A stretch of DNA of 64,000 nt from contig JBNMIL010000001.1 of assembly GCA_050873265.1 (NCBI GenBank), forward strand, positions 1,606-65,605. Direction: 5' to 3'. The position numbers were made by a program, and so were the translations under genes. Within the stretch, counting starts at the first letter, position 1; each line of letters starts with the position of its first letter. Below the pieces are notes generated by a model. That model ran no database searches, was not told the origin of the DNA, and saw nothing but the letters and a program-made list of their open reading frames with translations. This stretch comes from Angelakisella sp. GTDB taxonomy: Bacteria; Bacillota; Clostridia; Oscillospirales; Ruminococcaceae. This document shows positions 48,608 through 58,939 of the stretch, piece after piece.

Positions 48608-49463
48608 TGTTTTTCTCCCTTCCAAAGTGCCGCGAGACCAGGTCAGCGGCTATATTCAGCAGCAGGGTCATTGCCATAAGGATAGAGGCGATGGCAAACG
48701 CGATCCCGAATTCACCGTCCTCCTTGGCATAAAAGTACAGCGAAATGGTAAGAGTCGCGCCCGGCTTGGTGACCGCGGTAAAAAAGTCGTTCAGCACATG
48801 ACCAAAGCCTGCCGTAAACAGCAGCGCCGCCGATTCTCCCAAAATGCGCCCGACCGAAAGGATCGCGCCCGTGATAACGCCGTCTACACAGCCCGGCAGC
48901 ACCACTGTGCGGATAACACGCCACTTCCCTGCTCCCAACCCGAAAGCACCCTCTCGGTAGCTCTGCGGGACGGTTTTCAGGCTCTCCTGCGTTGTCCGAA
49001 TCACGGTGGGCAGGTTCATAATAACAAGGGTCAAGGCACCAGCGATAAGGGAGGTCTGCATTCCGAAGAATTCGCAGAAAAACAGCATACCCACCAAGCC
49101 GTAAATAATTGAAGGAATACCGGAAAGTGTTTCCGCTGCATATTCAATGACCGAAACGATGGGACTGCCCGCAGCATATTCGGTCAGGTAGATCGCCGCC
49201 CCGACGCCCAACGGCACCACAATGAGAATGGTCGCCAAAACGATATACAGGGTGTTCAGAATATCCGGCAGAATACCGATAGTGCCCGCCAGATAGCTGG
49301 GCGCCGTGGAAAGCAGCTGCCAGCTTAAATTGGGCAAGCCCTTTCTTAAAACATAAACAATCAAAAAGAGAACCAGCGCCGCTGTCAGAGCTGCTGCTAT
49401 TCCCATCAGCACCTTCATCAGCACGGCATAGGCGCGCCTTCTGCCGCTCAGTTGTTCTTTCAT
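48600..49463 (-). CDS. pstA: phosphate ABC transporter permease
   Basis: [25 protein letters not shown]. Confidence 0.95.
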   Translation of the reverse strand: MKEQLSGRRRAYAVLMKVLMGIAAALTAALVLFLIVYVLRKGLPNLSWQLLSTAPSYLAGTIGILPDILNTLYIVLATILIVVPLGVGAAIYLTEYAAGSPIVSVIEYAAETLSGIPSIIYGLVGMLFFCEFFGMQTSLIAGALTLVIMNLPTVIRTTQESLKTVPQSYREGAFGLGAGKWRVIRTVVLPGCVDGVITGAILSVGRILGESAALLFTAGFGHVLNDFFTAVTKPGATLTISLYFYAKEDGEFGIAFAIASILMAMTLLLNIAADLVSRHFGREKNNE

Positions 49464-49467
49464 ACTG

Positions 49468-50337
49468 TCAGCCTCCCTTGTTCCGCTTCAGCAGCAGGTT
49501 CAGTCCGGCGTTTATCAGCATGATAAACAGGAACAGCACCAACGCAATGGAAAAGAGCGCCTGCTGCTGCAAGCCGGAGGAATAGGACATCTCGCTGGCG
49601 ACTGCCGTGGTCAAAAACCGGACACTCTCAAAGAGGCTTGGCATACGGCTGGTCGCATTGCCGGAAACCATCATGACTGCCATTGCTTCACCGATGGCGC
49701 GTCCTACTCCCAGCACCACCGCCGCCGCAATGCCGCTGCGTGCCGCCGGCACCGAAACCTTGAAATAGGTCTCGATCGGAGTCGCGCCCAGCGCCAGCGA
49801 GGCATCTTCGTAATCTTTCGGTACTGCCTCCAGCGCCGTGACCGAGACCTTGATGATAGACGGCAGGATCATGATAGCCAGCACAATAATCGCCGCCAGC
49901 AGGCTGGCTCCGTCCGGCACATGGAAAATCTTGCGGATATTCGGCACCAGCACCATCATGCCTACCAAGCCGTAAACTACCGACGGAATACCTGCCAGCA
50001 GACTCACAGCCGATTGCATAAGGTGCTTTACTTTGGGCGGCGCCAGCTTCGCCAGATAAACAGCGGTCAGGAAGCCGATCGGTACCCCCAGCACGATTGC
50101 CCCTGCCGTACCATACACACTGGTCAGGATAAAGGGCAGTATGCCATAAGAGGGTTCCGCCGCCGTGGAAGCCCACACCTTCCCGAAAAGGAAATTCCCC
50201 AGCCCAATCTGCTGGATCGCCGGAATGCCGGAGAGGATAAGATAACCGCTGATAAGCAGTACACACCCTACCGTAATAAGCCCCAGCAGAAAAAAGATCG
50301 CGTGAACGATAAACTCGCCCGTTTTTTTCATGTACAT
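49468..50337 (-). CDS. pstC: phosphate ABC transporter permease
   Basis: LLAGIPSVVYG, GRAIGEAMAVMMVSGN. Confidence 0.95.
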   Translation of the reverse strand: MYMKKTGEFIVHAIFFLLGLITVGCVLLISGYLILSGIPAIQQIGLGNFLFGKVWASTAAEPSYGILPFILTSVYGTAGAIVLGVPIGFLTAVYLAKLAPPKVKHLMQSAVSLLAGIPSVVYGLVGMMVLVPNIRKIFHVPDGASLLAAIIVLAIMILPSIIKVSVTALEAVPKDYEDASLALGATPIETYFKVSVPAARSGIAAAVVLGVGRAIGEAMAVMMVSGNATSRMPSLFESVRFLTTAVASEMSYSSGLQQQALFSIALVLFLFIMLINAGLNLLLKRNKGG

Positions 50338-50393
50338 TCTCCCCTTAAACGGAAAAAGACGGCTGCTGTTGCCGCCGTCCTTCTCCTTACACT

Positions 50394-51248
50394 TTAGGTG
50401 GCGGCTACCGCCCCGGCAGCGGAGATGAGACTCGTTGCCTCGGAAGAAGTGATGTAGTCAAAGAACTTCTGTGCACTGTCGCTCAGTGCCTTGCCCTCTA
50501 CGGTCACCAGCACAAAGGGACGCTGGATCGCGTAGCTGCCGTCCTTTACGGTATCCTCGGTAGGAACTACCCCGCCGACGGAAAGTGCCTTAACGGTATC
50601 CTTGATGGAAGCCAGAGAAGCATAGCCGATGGCATCGGGGTTCTGCGCTACCGTGGTGATAACATCGCCGGTGGAGGTCAGCTCCTGACGGTACTGGCAG
50701 GAATCGGTGGTACCGGTGATGGTCTCAAAGCCATCGCGGGTGCCGCTGCCGGCCTCACGACCGATGAGAACGATCTCGGCATCATTGCCGCCAAGGTCTT
50801 TCCAGTTGGTGATCTTACCGGTATAGATATCGGCGATCTGCTCGATGGTCAGGTCACTGACAGGGTTTTCGGGGTTCACGATAATGGCAATGCCGTCGTA
50901 AGCAAGGACAGTCTCCTGCAGACCGGCTTCCTTTTCCTCCGCCTTCAGTGCGCGGCTGGAAAGCCCGATATCACAGCGTCCCTCCTGCACCGCCTTGATG
51001 CCGGAGCCGGAACCGGTGGGGTTGTAGGTAAAGGTGATGTTCTTGTTCTCGTTCATAAAGGCTTCGCCGAGGGTATTGATGACCTTCTGCATGGAGGTGG
51101 AACCATCGGTCGAAACGGAGCCGCTGATCTCAGCGGGGGTCTGCGGATCATTGGAGGAATTGTTGGGATTGTTGGAATTGCCGCAGCCAGTCAGCAGCAG
51201 CGCGGCAGCGCAGGCAATCGCCAGAAGAATTGCAATGTACTTTTTCAT
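50394..51248 (-). CDS. pstS: phosphate ABC transporter substrate-binding lipoprotein
   Basis: LTGC lipobox, DGSTS, GSGSG, REAGSGTR. Confidence 0.95.
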   Translation of the reverse strand: MKKYIAILLAIACAAALLLTGCGNSNNPNNSSNDPQTPAEISGSVSTDGSTSMQKVINTLGEAFMNENKNITFTYNPTGSGSGIKAVQEGRCDIGLSSRALKAEEKEAGLQETVLAYDGIAIIVNPENPVSDLTIEQIADIYTGKITNWKDLGGNDAEIVLIGREAGSGTRDGFETITGTTDSCQYRQELTSTGDVITTVAQNPDAIGYASLASIKDTVKALSVGGVVPTEDTVKDGSYAIQRPFVLVTVEGKALSDSAQKFFDYITSSEATSLISAAGAVAAT

Positions 51249-51412
51249 AGTTTTGTTTCCTTTCTTTTTTCACATTCTTTATTTCCTTCAGCGTCCTTAG
51301 CATACCGCCCGTGTGTAAAAAACAAAACGCTTCTCTTGTAAAAAGAAAATCAAATCTGAACAGAAAAATCCCCGGGACATTCATCTGCCCCGAGGAAAAA
51401 GAGTATTCGTTT

Positions 51413-52810
51413 TTATACTTCGCCCTTTTTATCCGCTACGATGTTATTGATCCAGATACCCTTCTTCACCATCACAGTACCGATGGCACACTTGATGATC
51501 TCAAGGCTCTGGCAGCAGGCGTACAACAGCAGAATGGGCATATCCGTGTACCGGCTAAGAACATACGCCACCGGAATATTAATCAGCCACACAAAGGCGC
51601 TGTCAAACAGGAAGGTCACAATGGTCTTGCCGCCGGCACGCAGTGTAAAGTACAGCGCGTTGGTCATGGCGGTGAAGGGCATCAAGCAGGCGCCAATGCC
51701 GATAAGATTCGTCGCCAAATGCCGAACGGCATCGGTGGTGCGGTAGATCAGCGGGAAATAGGTGCCAACAAACGCCATCAGCAGACCAACGCCTACCGAT
51801 ATTGCCACCGAAAATGCCGTCGTCTGCCGTGCCGTCACTTTTGCCTGTTCAAATTCTCCGGCACCCAGCTCCTGTCCTACCATGATGCTGATGGCGCTGC
51901 CCAGCGCCAGATAAACACAGGCAAACAGGTTCCATATGGTGCTGCTGATATTGGTCGCAGCGACTACATCAAGGCTCCGCAGGGAATAGCACTGGTTCAG
52001 CATTGCCATACCGGCAGCCCACAGCCCCTCGTTAAGCAGCAGCGGCGTACCGCGCCGCAGGATATCACCAAACAGCCGCTTGGGGATATGCAGCGAGCGG
52101 TAAAGACCGGTGATATACGGGAACCGTACCGCGTGACGGTGCGCCCAAGTGACCACGATGACCAGCTCCACAAAGCGGGAAAGTACCGTTGCAACAGCAG
52201 CGCCCACCACGCCCATGCGCGGCGCCCCAAAGTGCCCGAAAATAAGGATATAGTTGAAGGTCAGGTTGACCAACACCGCCACAATACCCGCCTTCATGGG
52301 CAGCAGCGTTTCGCCGGTCTCTCGCAATGTACCGGCATAAGCCTGTGTAATGGCATAGGGCAGCATACCAATGTACATCACCTTGATGTACTCCAGACCG
52401 AAGCGCAGCGAAGCCTCGGCGTCCTCCACACTGCCCTCCCCTTTCAGGTACAGGTTGATAAGCTGCGGACCGAAAGCAATGAATACCCCGATGCAGACTC
52501 CCGCCAGCACCGTGCAGATCATCAGCTTGAATCGCAGGGTGTGGCGCACACCGTCCATATCATTGTTGCCGAAAAACTGCGCACCGAAAATACCGGCACC
52601 TGCCACCGCACCGAACACCAGCATGTTAAAGACAAATATGAGCTGGTTGGCAATGGCAACACCGGACATTTCCACTGTGCCCACCCGCCCGATCATAACA
52701 TTATCCAGCAGGCTTACAAAGTTTGTGATGGCGTTCTGCACCATGATAGGCACGCTGATCGCCAGCACACGGCGGTAAAATTCCCGGCTCCCAAAAAGTC
52801 TGTTTTTCAC
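51413..52810 (-). CDS. MATE family efflux transporter
   Basis: PIMVQNAITNFVSLLDNVMIG, LIFGHFGAPRMGVVGAAVAT, LRAGG; GTG start after AGGAGG. Confidence 0.93.
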   Translation of the reverse strand: MKNRLFGSREFYRRVLAISVPIMVQNAITNFVSLLDNVMIGRVGTVEMSGVAIANQLIFVFNMLVFGAVAGAGIFGAQFFGNNDMDGVRHTLRFKLMICTVLAGVCIGVFIAFGPQLINLYLKGEGSVEDAEASLRFGLEYIKVMYIGMLPYAITQAYAGTLRETGETLLPMKAGIVAVLVNLTFNYILIFGHFGAPRMGVVGAAVATVLSRFVELVIVVTWAHRHAVRFPYITGLYRSLHIPKRLFGDILRRGTPLLLNEGLWAAGMAMLNQCYSLRSLDVVAATNISSTIWNLFACVYLALGSAISIMVGQELGAGEFEQAKVTARQTTAFSVAISVGVGLLMAFVGTYFPLIYRTTDAVRHLATNLIGIGACLMPFTAMTNALYFTLRAGGKTIVTFLFDSAFVWLINIPVAYVLSRYTDMPILLLYACCQSLEIIKCAIGTVMVKKGIWINNIVADKKGEV

Positions 52811-53029
52811 TGCTTCCTCCTAAATTTGAAAGGGGCTGCACATGACAGTGCATCACCCCTACAAAGTTTTTATTCAAGCGGATCCACGGCATATCTGCCG
52901 TTCTTTTACCGCTGTCCCTTTTTTGTTCTTTTCAGCAGGATACTATCACGCATTATATCACTGCTGCAGCTTTCTTGTCCACTACTAAATCGAAATTATA
53001 TCAGCCACTCTCATTCCCTAAAAAGCCCA

Positions 53030-53072
53030 AAGAATGACCGCTGCTTCCCATCCGGGAAGACGGTCATTCCTT
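53030..53072 (-). terminator. terminator after ABC operon
   Basis: GAATGACCG...CTTCCC...GGGAAG...CGGTCATTC inverted repeat. Confidence 0.6.
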
Positions 53073-53126
53073 GTTGATTTTTAACTATATCCATAACTAT
53101 CTTGCTGATAGGTACCGCCTGGCGAA

Positions 53127-53792
53127 TCAGCGATTCAAACTGCCATCTTTCATTTTCAGCACTACATCTGCGGCTTCTGCCACCGCAGGATCATGCGTGA
53201 CGATGATGACGCAACGACCATTCTCGTGTGCCAGCTTTTGCAGGATCTCCACAATATTCCGAGTGTTGGTACTATCAAGATTGCCCGTTGGCTCGTCTGC
53301 CAGAATGATCTCGCTGCCGGAGGTTAAAGCACGGGCAATGGCTACCCGCTGCTGCTCACCGCCGGAGAGCATATTAGGAAACCGCTTGAACTGCTCCTCC
53401 ATTAGACCCACCTGAAGGAGTTTTTCTGCCGCCAGCTCATTTGCTTCATTCTTAGGCATTTTCCGGATATATAAGGGATACGCGGTATTTTCCAAAACGG
53501 TCAAATGCTGGAACAAATTGAAATTCTGGTAGATCACGGACACATGGTTCAACCGGTAGGAATCCCTATCCATTTTCGCTGTGGGTTCTCCGTCCAATTC
53601 AATCGTACCGGATTCCGGCACATCCAATCCCGCCAGGAGGGAGAGAAAAGTGGTCTTTCCGCTGCCTGACGACCCAACAATGGTATAAACCCGCCCCTGC
53701 TGAAAAGCGCAGCTGACACCGTTTACTGCTTTTACCGTCTGGACAGCGTTCCTGTATTCGTATGTTACCTGTTTTGCAATTAATCTGTTCAT
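53127..53792 (-). CDS. ABC transporter ATP-binding protein (LolD/MacB-like)
   Basis: [37 protein letters not shown]. Confidence 0.93.
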   Translation of the reverse strand: MNRLIAKQVTYEYRNAVQTVKAVNGVSCAFQQGRVYTIVGSSGSGKTTFLSLLAGLDVPESGTIELDGEPTAKMDRDSYRLNHVSVIYQNFNLFQHLTVLENTAYPLYIRKMPKNEANELAAEKLLQVGLMEEQFKRFPNMLSGGEQQRVAIARALTSGSEIILADEPTGNLDSTNTRNIVEILQKLAHENGRCVIIVTHDPAVAEAADVVLKMKDGSLNR

Positions 53793-53794
53793 AT

Positions 53795-54961
53795 TCAGCC
53801 CTCCGCCTTCATGAGTTTCATAACGTTTATTCCGGTGATCCGAAGCACGGCGGCTGCCGAACCAAGCAAGAATATCCCCGTCATCAGTGCGGCGTTCCAT
53901 AATGCGTCGATTTGTATTCCACCTTCCAGAAGAATGCCGCTTGCAGTGCCTAAAAACAGACCTATAAGTGCAAGAACGATGAGTTCGAGCATAACCAGTC
54001 CAAAAATCTCGCGTTGTCTCATGCCAAGGCAGCGCATCACAGCGAACTCTTTTATTCTACCGCGGGTCGCAAGAAAGCTGGCGAAGAAACCGATGCAGCC
54101 GCAGATGACAATCAATACCGGCAGCAGCAAGCGCAGCATGGACAGGTTCGCCTGAATCTCCGATATATTCTTCTGATAGGTTTCATCATGAACCAAAACG
54201 CCAAAGGTAGTGCCGTCAATTTGATTGCTGAGACTGGGCTGGACAAACCACTTATAAATATACTCTTTGCTCGCCTCCAGATTCTGATTATCCCGTATGT
54301 CAAAGGAGCAGCTGTCCGTCAGAAATGCGACAGAAATTCCCTCTATCCACGGCATAAAGTAAGGGCAGTATATTACATTGCGGGGACCGTTCGTGACTGT
54401 TCCTATGATTTTTAAACGAACGGTTTCTCCCATATCTGCGGCAATCGTCATATAACCTTCTTCAGTAATCATATCGGCCGGAACTAAACAGATTTGCTCT
54501 TGACCCCTCAGCACATCTTCCGTCCAACCATCAAAAAAATTAACATAAGCTCCTTCCACCTGTGAAAGTGCCGGATCAGAATCGATGGATAGGATGCGGC
54601 AAAGTGTTGCTCCTGCCGGTTTCTCCAATGGCGTTTCTGCTTTTGCCCGCACATTTTTCACATAATCGTCCAAATAACAGCCTCGCAGCCGTCGTTTTCC
54701 TTCCAGCATTTCTACAAATGCCGAGAACATTTGCAGGTTGCCGGAATCCGTCCCTTTTGCGTCTGTTACAGTACAGGAGATCGTGGTATTTGCAATTGTA
54801 TTGTTTAATGCATTCTCCTGCCTGATGGTCAGATTCCGCAAAACCACAGCGGAAAATGCGCATACAACTGCGACAGCGATAAGAAGCAGGCTTGCCGTCC
54901 AACGGCGAAGCATCGCTATAAGTGTCACACCTACAAGGGCGTGACCGCTTTTTTGAGACAT
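53795..54961 (-). CDS. FtsX-like ABC permease
   Basis: N-terminal TM, extracellular domain, RIKEFAVMRCLG, three C-terminal TMs. Confidence 0.85.
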   Translation of the reverse strand: MSQKSGHALVGVTLIAMLRRWTASLLLIAVAVVCAFSAVVLRNLTIRQENALNNTIANTTISCTVTDAKGTDSGNLQMFSAFVEMLEGKRRLRGCYLDDYVKNVRAKAETPLEKPAGATLCRILSIDSDPALSQVEGAYVNFFDGWTEDVLRGQEQICLVPADMITEEGYMTIAADMGETVRLKIIGTVTNGPRNVIYCPYFMPWIEGISVAFLTDSCSFDIRDNQNLEASKEYIYKWFVQPSLSNQIDGTTFGVLVHDETYQKNISEIQANLSMLRLLLPVLIVICGCIGFFASFLATRGRIKEFAVMRCLGMRQREIFGLVMLELIVLALIGLFLGTASGILLEGGIQIDALWNAALMTGIFLLGSAAAVLRITGINVMKLMKAEG

Positions 54962-54989
54962 AGACTCTTTGCTCCTCTCAAATCAAGTC

Positions 54990-56828
54990 TTATTTTGTTT
55001 TCATCAGCTTGCGATTCGCAAAGATAGCCGAGCAAATGATTGTGGCGATCATAAGGAATATAAATGCAGCAACAGCAGCCATCATCATTGCCTCCGGTCG
55101 AAGCATAAGGGCACTTGAAAGTATCTTCTCCGTAACGGCATTAAACAGAATAGCCGCAATGCTTGTACCAATCATGGTCGCAAGGAGTTCCAGAGCAACA
55201 AGTACCGCAATAATCTCTCCGAATACTGCTTTGGAGGATCTCCCTAAGAGACGAACCCCACGAACTGCCTGCTTCATTCTGCGGAAATTCAGGAATAAAA
55301 ACAGCGCAAAAGCAAGCAGAAATGCCCCTATACCAACCATCAGCAGACGCTTAGCGTTGGTTTCAAGCGCCTCCAACGATTCCTGCATAGAAGAAAAATC
55401 CTGATCAAAATAAAGAAATTGTCCTCCAAGTCCCTGCCGATCCATATAATTTTCGAACTCTTTGGTAAAACCGTTTTTCAGGATAAAGGTGTTGAGCAAA
55501 GAATCTGCCAACGATTCATAATCCTGTACATGGGGAACCGATGCCTTGGGAACCAAAATCGTATCCGCGTTAAATTGATATGCGCCAAAGGCAAAGCGAG
55601 CACCGGTATAGATACCAATAACGGTATATTCTTTACATACCCCGATCGCGTCATCGGGAGCCATGTAGTACCTTTGGTGATAGGGTCCTGGATCGCCTTG
55701 CGCAAGCATAGAATTTGCCATTGCTCCATTGCTGTATGTTCCAAAACCGGAATCGTAGTAGTCCAGCCAGAGCGAATCACCTGGCTGAAGACCATTTAGT
55801 TCGGCATAAGCAGCACTAATGATACATACATCGGCGCCTTTCTCATAATCCTCTGCTGTAAAAAAGCGTCCCGACAATAAACTTGCATCACCGGTATTGA
55901 AAGAGTATATGCTCTCTATGTTATCAGTCAGTATCACAGCGGCAGATTCATGGTTAAGCTTACAAAGCGGTATAATATCCTCCCGCCAGATGGCGGCTGC
56001 GTCGCTGCTTAGATAATCTGTCACCGTTCCGGTGTATTCACAAATCCAAGGAAGCTGTCCCCCCGCAGGGAAATGATAGCTTTGCCCATTGTGACTACCA
56101 ACTTCGAGACTGGAGGGGTCACCATAATAATTGCTGTGGATCTCGGGGAATGGAACAATGTAGCGGTTTTCGGTCTTTACTTGACTATAGCCATCGGCGG
56201 TTCGAACCACACGATAGTCCTGGTATTGCCCGAACACGATGTAGGTCTTTCCCGTTTCAAACGGCGTCGCCCCACCCGCTTTGCGGACATCACTGTAGAT
56301 ATGTACCCAATCCGGTTTTGGGAATGAATCGTACGCATCTGAAAGGCTGATGATCTCCTCAACACTGAATGCTGCGTCATATAGCATCATACCTTCTGTT
56401 GGCTGCTCCTTGATGCTTTCGCAGCGCAGCGCAAATACGGCGAGGGAATAGCACTCCCCATCAAAAGCGATATTGTATTCCGATGGATCCATACGACTGG
56501 AAGAGAGAGATTTGCAGCCCGCTATGTGAGCGGAAAGAAGGCAGCGGCGGTCTATCATCGTGATTTGGGGTGCTTCCTGTGCAGCCACATCGGCATATAC
56601 ACGGTTTTGCAATGCGGAAGCGATCTCCTCCGGCGACAACCCGTTTAGATCCGGTTCTACCGGAATCGCTATCGTTGTGTAGCCACCGGTAATCTCATCC
56701 TGCTGTATTTTTACACTTGTCCATGCAGAATAACCTGTACAGGATAGCGCAACAGAAAAACTGAGCAGGAACACCATCAGTACGGTAAAAATCGGGGTTC
56801 TTGTCGCCTGCTTAAAGAAAACATTCAT
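54990..56828 (-). CDS. FtsX/MacB-like ABC permease with large extracellular domain
   Basis: N-terminal TM, GRFFTAEDY...VCIIS..YAELNGLQPGD, three C-terminal TMs. Confidence 0.8.
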   Translation of the reverse strand: MNVFFKQATRTPIFTVLMVFLLSFSVALSCTGYSAWTSVKIQQDEITGGYTTIAIPVEPDLNGLSPEEIASALQNRVYADVAAQEAPQITMIDRRCLLSAHIAGCKSLSSSRMDPSEYNIAFDGECYSLAVFALRCESIKEQPTEGMMLYDAAFSVEEIISLSDAYDSFPKPDWVHIYSDVRKAGGATPFETGKTYIVFGQYQDYRVVRTADGYSQVKTENRYIVPFPEIHSNYYGDPSSLEVGSHNGQSYHFPAGGQLPWICEYTGTVTDYLSSDAAAIWREDIIPLCKLNHESAAVILTDNIESIYSFNTGDASLLSGRFFTAEDYEKGADVCIISAAYAELNGLQPGDSLWLDYYDSGFGTYSNGAMANSMLAQGDPGPYHQRYYMAPDDAIGVCKEYTVIGIYTGARFAFGAYQFNADTILVPKASVPHVQDYESLADSLLNTFILKNGFTKEFENYMDRQGLGGQFLYFDQDFSSMQESLEALETNAKRLLMVGIGAFLLAFALFLFLNFRRMKQAVRGVRLLGRSSKAVFGEIIAVLVALELLATMIGTSIAAILFNAVTEKILSSALMLRPEAMMMAAVAAFIFLMIATIICSAIFANRKLMKTK

Positions 56829-56930
56829 GATCCTATCCCCTTTTGCTATGTACTTATTGGAGTGTAGAGCAGTCGTTTACTATATCTTACTTTTTGAATT
56901 GTTGTAACGCAATCTGTGCTGCGCGAAACG

Positions 56931-56963
56931 ACCGTTTTGATGCAGTTTTGGTCATCGTTTTGC
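56931..56963. promoter_or_regulatory. candidate LytTR-binding direct repeats
   Basis: ACCGTTTTG (56931), GCAGTTTTG (56942), ATCGTTTTG (56954) between the divergent ABC operon and LytTR gene. Confidence 0.45.
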
Positions 56964-57067
56964 CCACATATTCATAAAAAGCTTTCTGAGCAGCACAGGC
57001 ACTTGAAATTTACTTTTTGGATATGATATAATAATTCTATATTTATAGAATATAAGGAGACATTATT

Positions 57068-57781
57068 GTGCGTGTAGTTTTTTGTGATGATGATCCTGTG
57101 GCTCTTGAGCCGTTACAATTATATGTTTCAGAATATTTTGCACAACTGGGCGGATTAATACCGGAGTTCGCCAGTTATCATAGCGGTAATACCTTACTTG
57201 GTGCAGAAACTCGTGCAGATATTGCGTTTTTAGATGCTGAAATGCCCGGTGTCAGCGGAATTCAAGCTGGTGCAAGGCTGAAAGAATTGAACCCCCACAT
57301 AAAAATTTTCATTGTATCCTCTTATCTGGATTATCTGGACGAAGCCATGAGGTCTCAAGTGTTTTGGTACCTGTCAAAGCCGATAGACAAAGACCGGCTG
57401 TTTCGGAACCTGAAAGATGCCATCTGCCAGTACAACATGGAGAGTCGGGAATTTCCCATTGTGACAAATGAGGGGGTATTCGTCCGGCGTGCGGAGGAGA
57501 TCATCTGTATTGAAGCAGCACAAAGGAAGGTCTTGATTCATACAATAGATGGCATCCTGCGAAGCACACAGACCATGGAGCATTGGCGGCAAACTCTGAC
57601 CTTGCCATGCTTTTATATGACGCACCGAAGCTACATTGTCAATTTGCGATTTATCAATTCCATCCGTAAGGATTCCATTCTTCTCAAATATCGGGATAAG
57701 GAATTGACAGCGTATTTAACAAGAAGGAGATATACCGCCCTAAAGGATACCTATTTGTGGTATATAAACAGTGTGAATTGA
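57068..57781 (+). CDS. LytR/AlgR family response regulator
   Basis: REC domain (CDDD, FLDAEMP, KP) and LytTR domain (FYMTHRSYIVNL); AAGGAG RBS, GTG start. Confidence 0.92.
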   Translation: MRVVFCDDDPVALEPLQLYVSEYFAQLGGLIPEFASYHSGNTLLGAETRADIAFLDAEMPGVSGIQAGARLKELNPHIKIFIVSSYLDYLDEAMRSQVFWYLSKPIDKDRLFRNLKDAICQYNMESREFPIVTNEGVFVRRAEEIICIEAAQRKVLIHTIDGILRSTQTMEHWRQTLTLPCFYMTHRSYIVNLRFINSIRKDSILLKYRDKELTAYLTRRRYTALKDTYLWYINSVN

Positions 57782-58048
57782 TGGCTCAATACATTTGTTA
57801 TGATGTATAGAAGCAGTCATAGCATGACGGTATTTTGCTTTACTGTCTTACCGAAAAGTATCTGATTATAAGCTTTGCAGCACCTTCATAATAGCCTATC
57901 TTATCCTGTTCTGTATTATTGATCGGTCATTAAACGACACAGACACCCAATACAGGAAAAGATGGCAAATGAGTAACTGAAAGCACCCACGCTGTTCCAA
58001 ATTGCGCCGACATAGTGCCCCCATGCTTCTACATAGCATAAAAAGATT

Positions 58049-58087
58049 CCCCCGCTTTTCCCTAGGGAAAAGCGGGGGTGAGTTTTT
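58049..58087. terminator. terminator after pnuC-like gene
   Basis: 30-bp perfect palindrome CCCCCGCTTTTCCCTAGGGAAAAGCGGGGG flanked by A/T runs. Confidence 0.7.
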
Positions 58088-58135
58088 GCTTTGTGGAGTT
58101 TTGCCTCGCGTGCGCACACGCGTACCGCAAAAATT

Positions 58136-58927
58136 TTATACAAGGTTATCTGCCCTGTCCGGTTCCAGCGCCGCCGGCTCACTTTGGTGCGCCTTGATAT
58201 ACTGCGTCCACTTGATATAGCCGTAGGTGGTATTGGTGAGATAACCTGCCTTAAGCACCAGCAGTACCCACTGACCGGAGATGATATTGATGGCAGCCTC
58301 CAGCAGTGCGCAGATATACCAGGCGATCCACTGCTCGCGGTAGCGCAGCAGAATGAACACACCGTTGGCAATGCCGACCGCGCTGGCGCAGGCGTCCAGA
58401 TAACAAACAATGGTCTCCAGCGTGGGGGTGGAGGAAAGCAGCCCTTCGATCTCCAGCGTGGTGAGGAAGTAGCCGACCACTACCGTCCATACAACAATGC
58501 CTGCCAAAACCAGAACCTCCTGCAGACCCGTCAGCCGGCGTACCTCGGTCAGCTCGTCCTGTTCCCTATCCTTGTGTCGGTTCCAGTTGATAAAGCTGAT
58601 GATATCAATGGGAATCCAGGAGAATAGCGTAGTCGCCATGGTGGCAAAACGGTAGGAAAGCACCACGCAGATGAGGATCTCGGTAATTTCCACGCCCAGA
58701 GAAACAATAAAGTTCCACTTGCTTTGCTTGGAAATAAGCAGCTCACAGGTGATATTGAGGAAGATATCCAAAAGGTACAGCGCCATGATGACCTTGCCGT
58801 TTACTCCGCCAAAGTCCTCCTCTGGGAAGAGGATCGCGAACACAAATGCCAGCACCGTAATGCTGATGAACCAGATTTTTTCGTAGGTAGTAAAGTAGTT
58901 CCACAGATTTTTCAGTTTTTGCTTCAT
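58136..58927 (-). CDS. PnuC-family vitamin/nucleoside transporter
   Basis: ~8 TMs; YLDA, LLRYREQWIAW, NTTYGYIKW pattern; substrate not determinable. Confidence 0.8.
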   Translation of the reverse strand: MKQKLKNLWNYFTTYEKIWFISITVLAFVFAILFPEEDFGGVNGKVIMALYLLDIFLNITCELLISKQSKWNFIVSLGVEITEILICVVLSYRFATMATTLFSWIPIDIISFINWNRHKDREQDELTEVRRLTGLQEVLVLAGIVVWTVVVGYFLTTLEIEGLLSSTPTLETIVCYLDACASAVGIANGVFILLRYREQWIAWYICALLEAAINIISGQWVLLVLKAGYLTNTTYGYIKWTQYIKAHQSEPAALEPDRADNLV

Positions 58928-58939
58928 ATTATCTCCCTA

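Noticed and set aside
51250-51412. Pho box upstream of pstS
   Set aside because: No convincing 11-bp-spaced direct repeats seen
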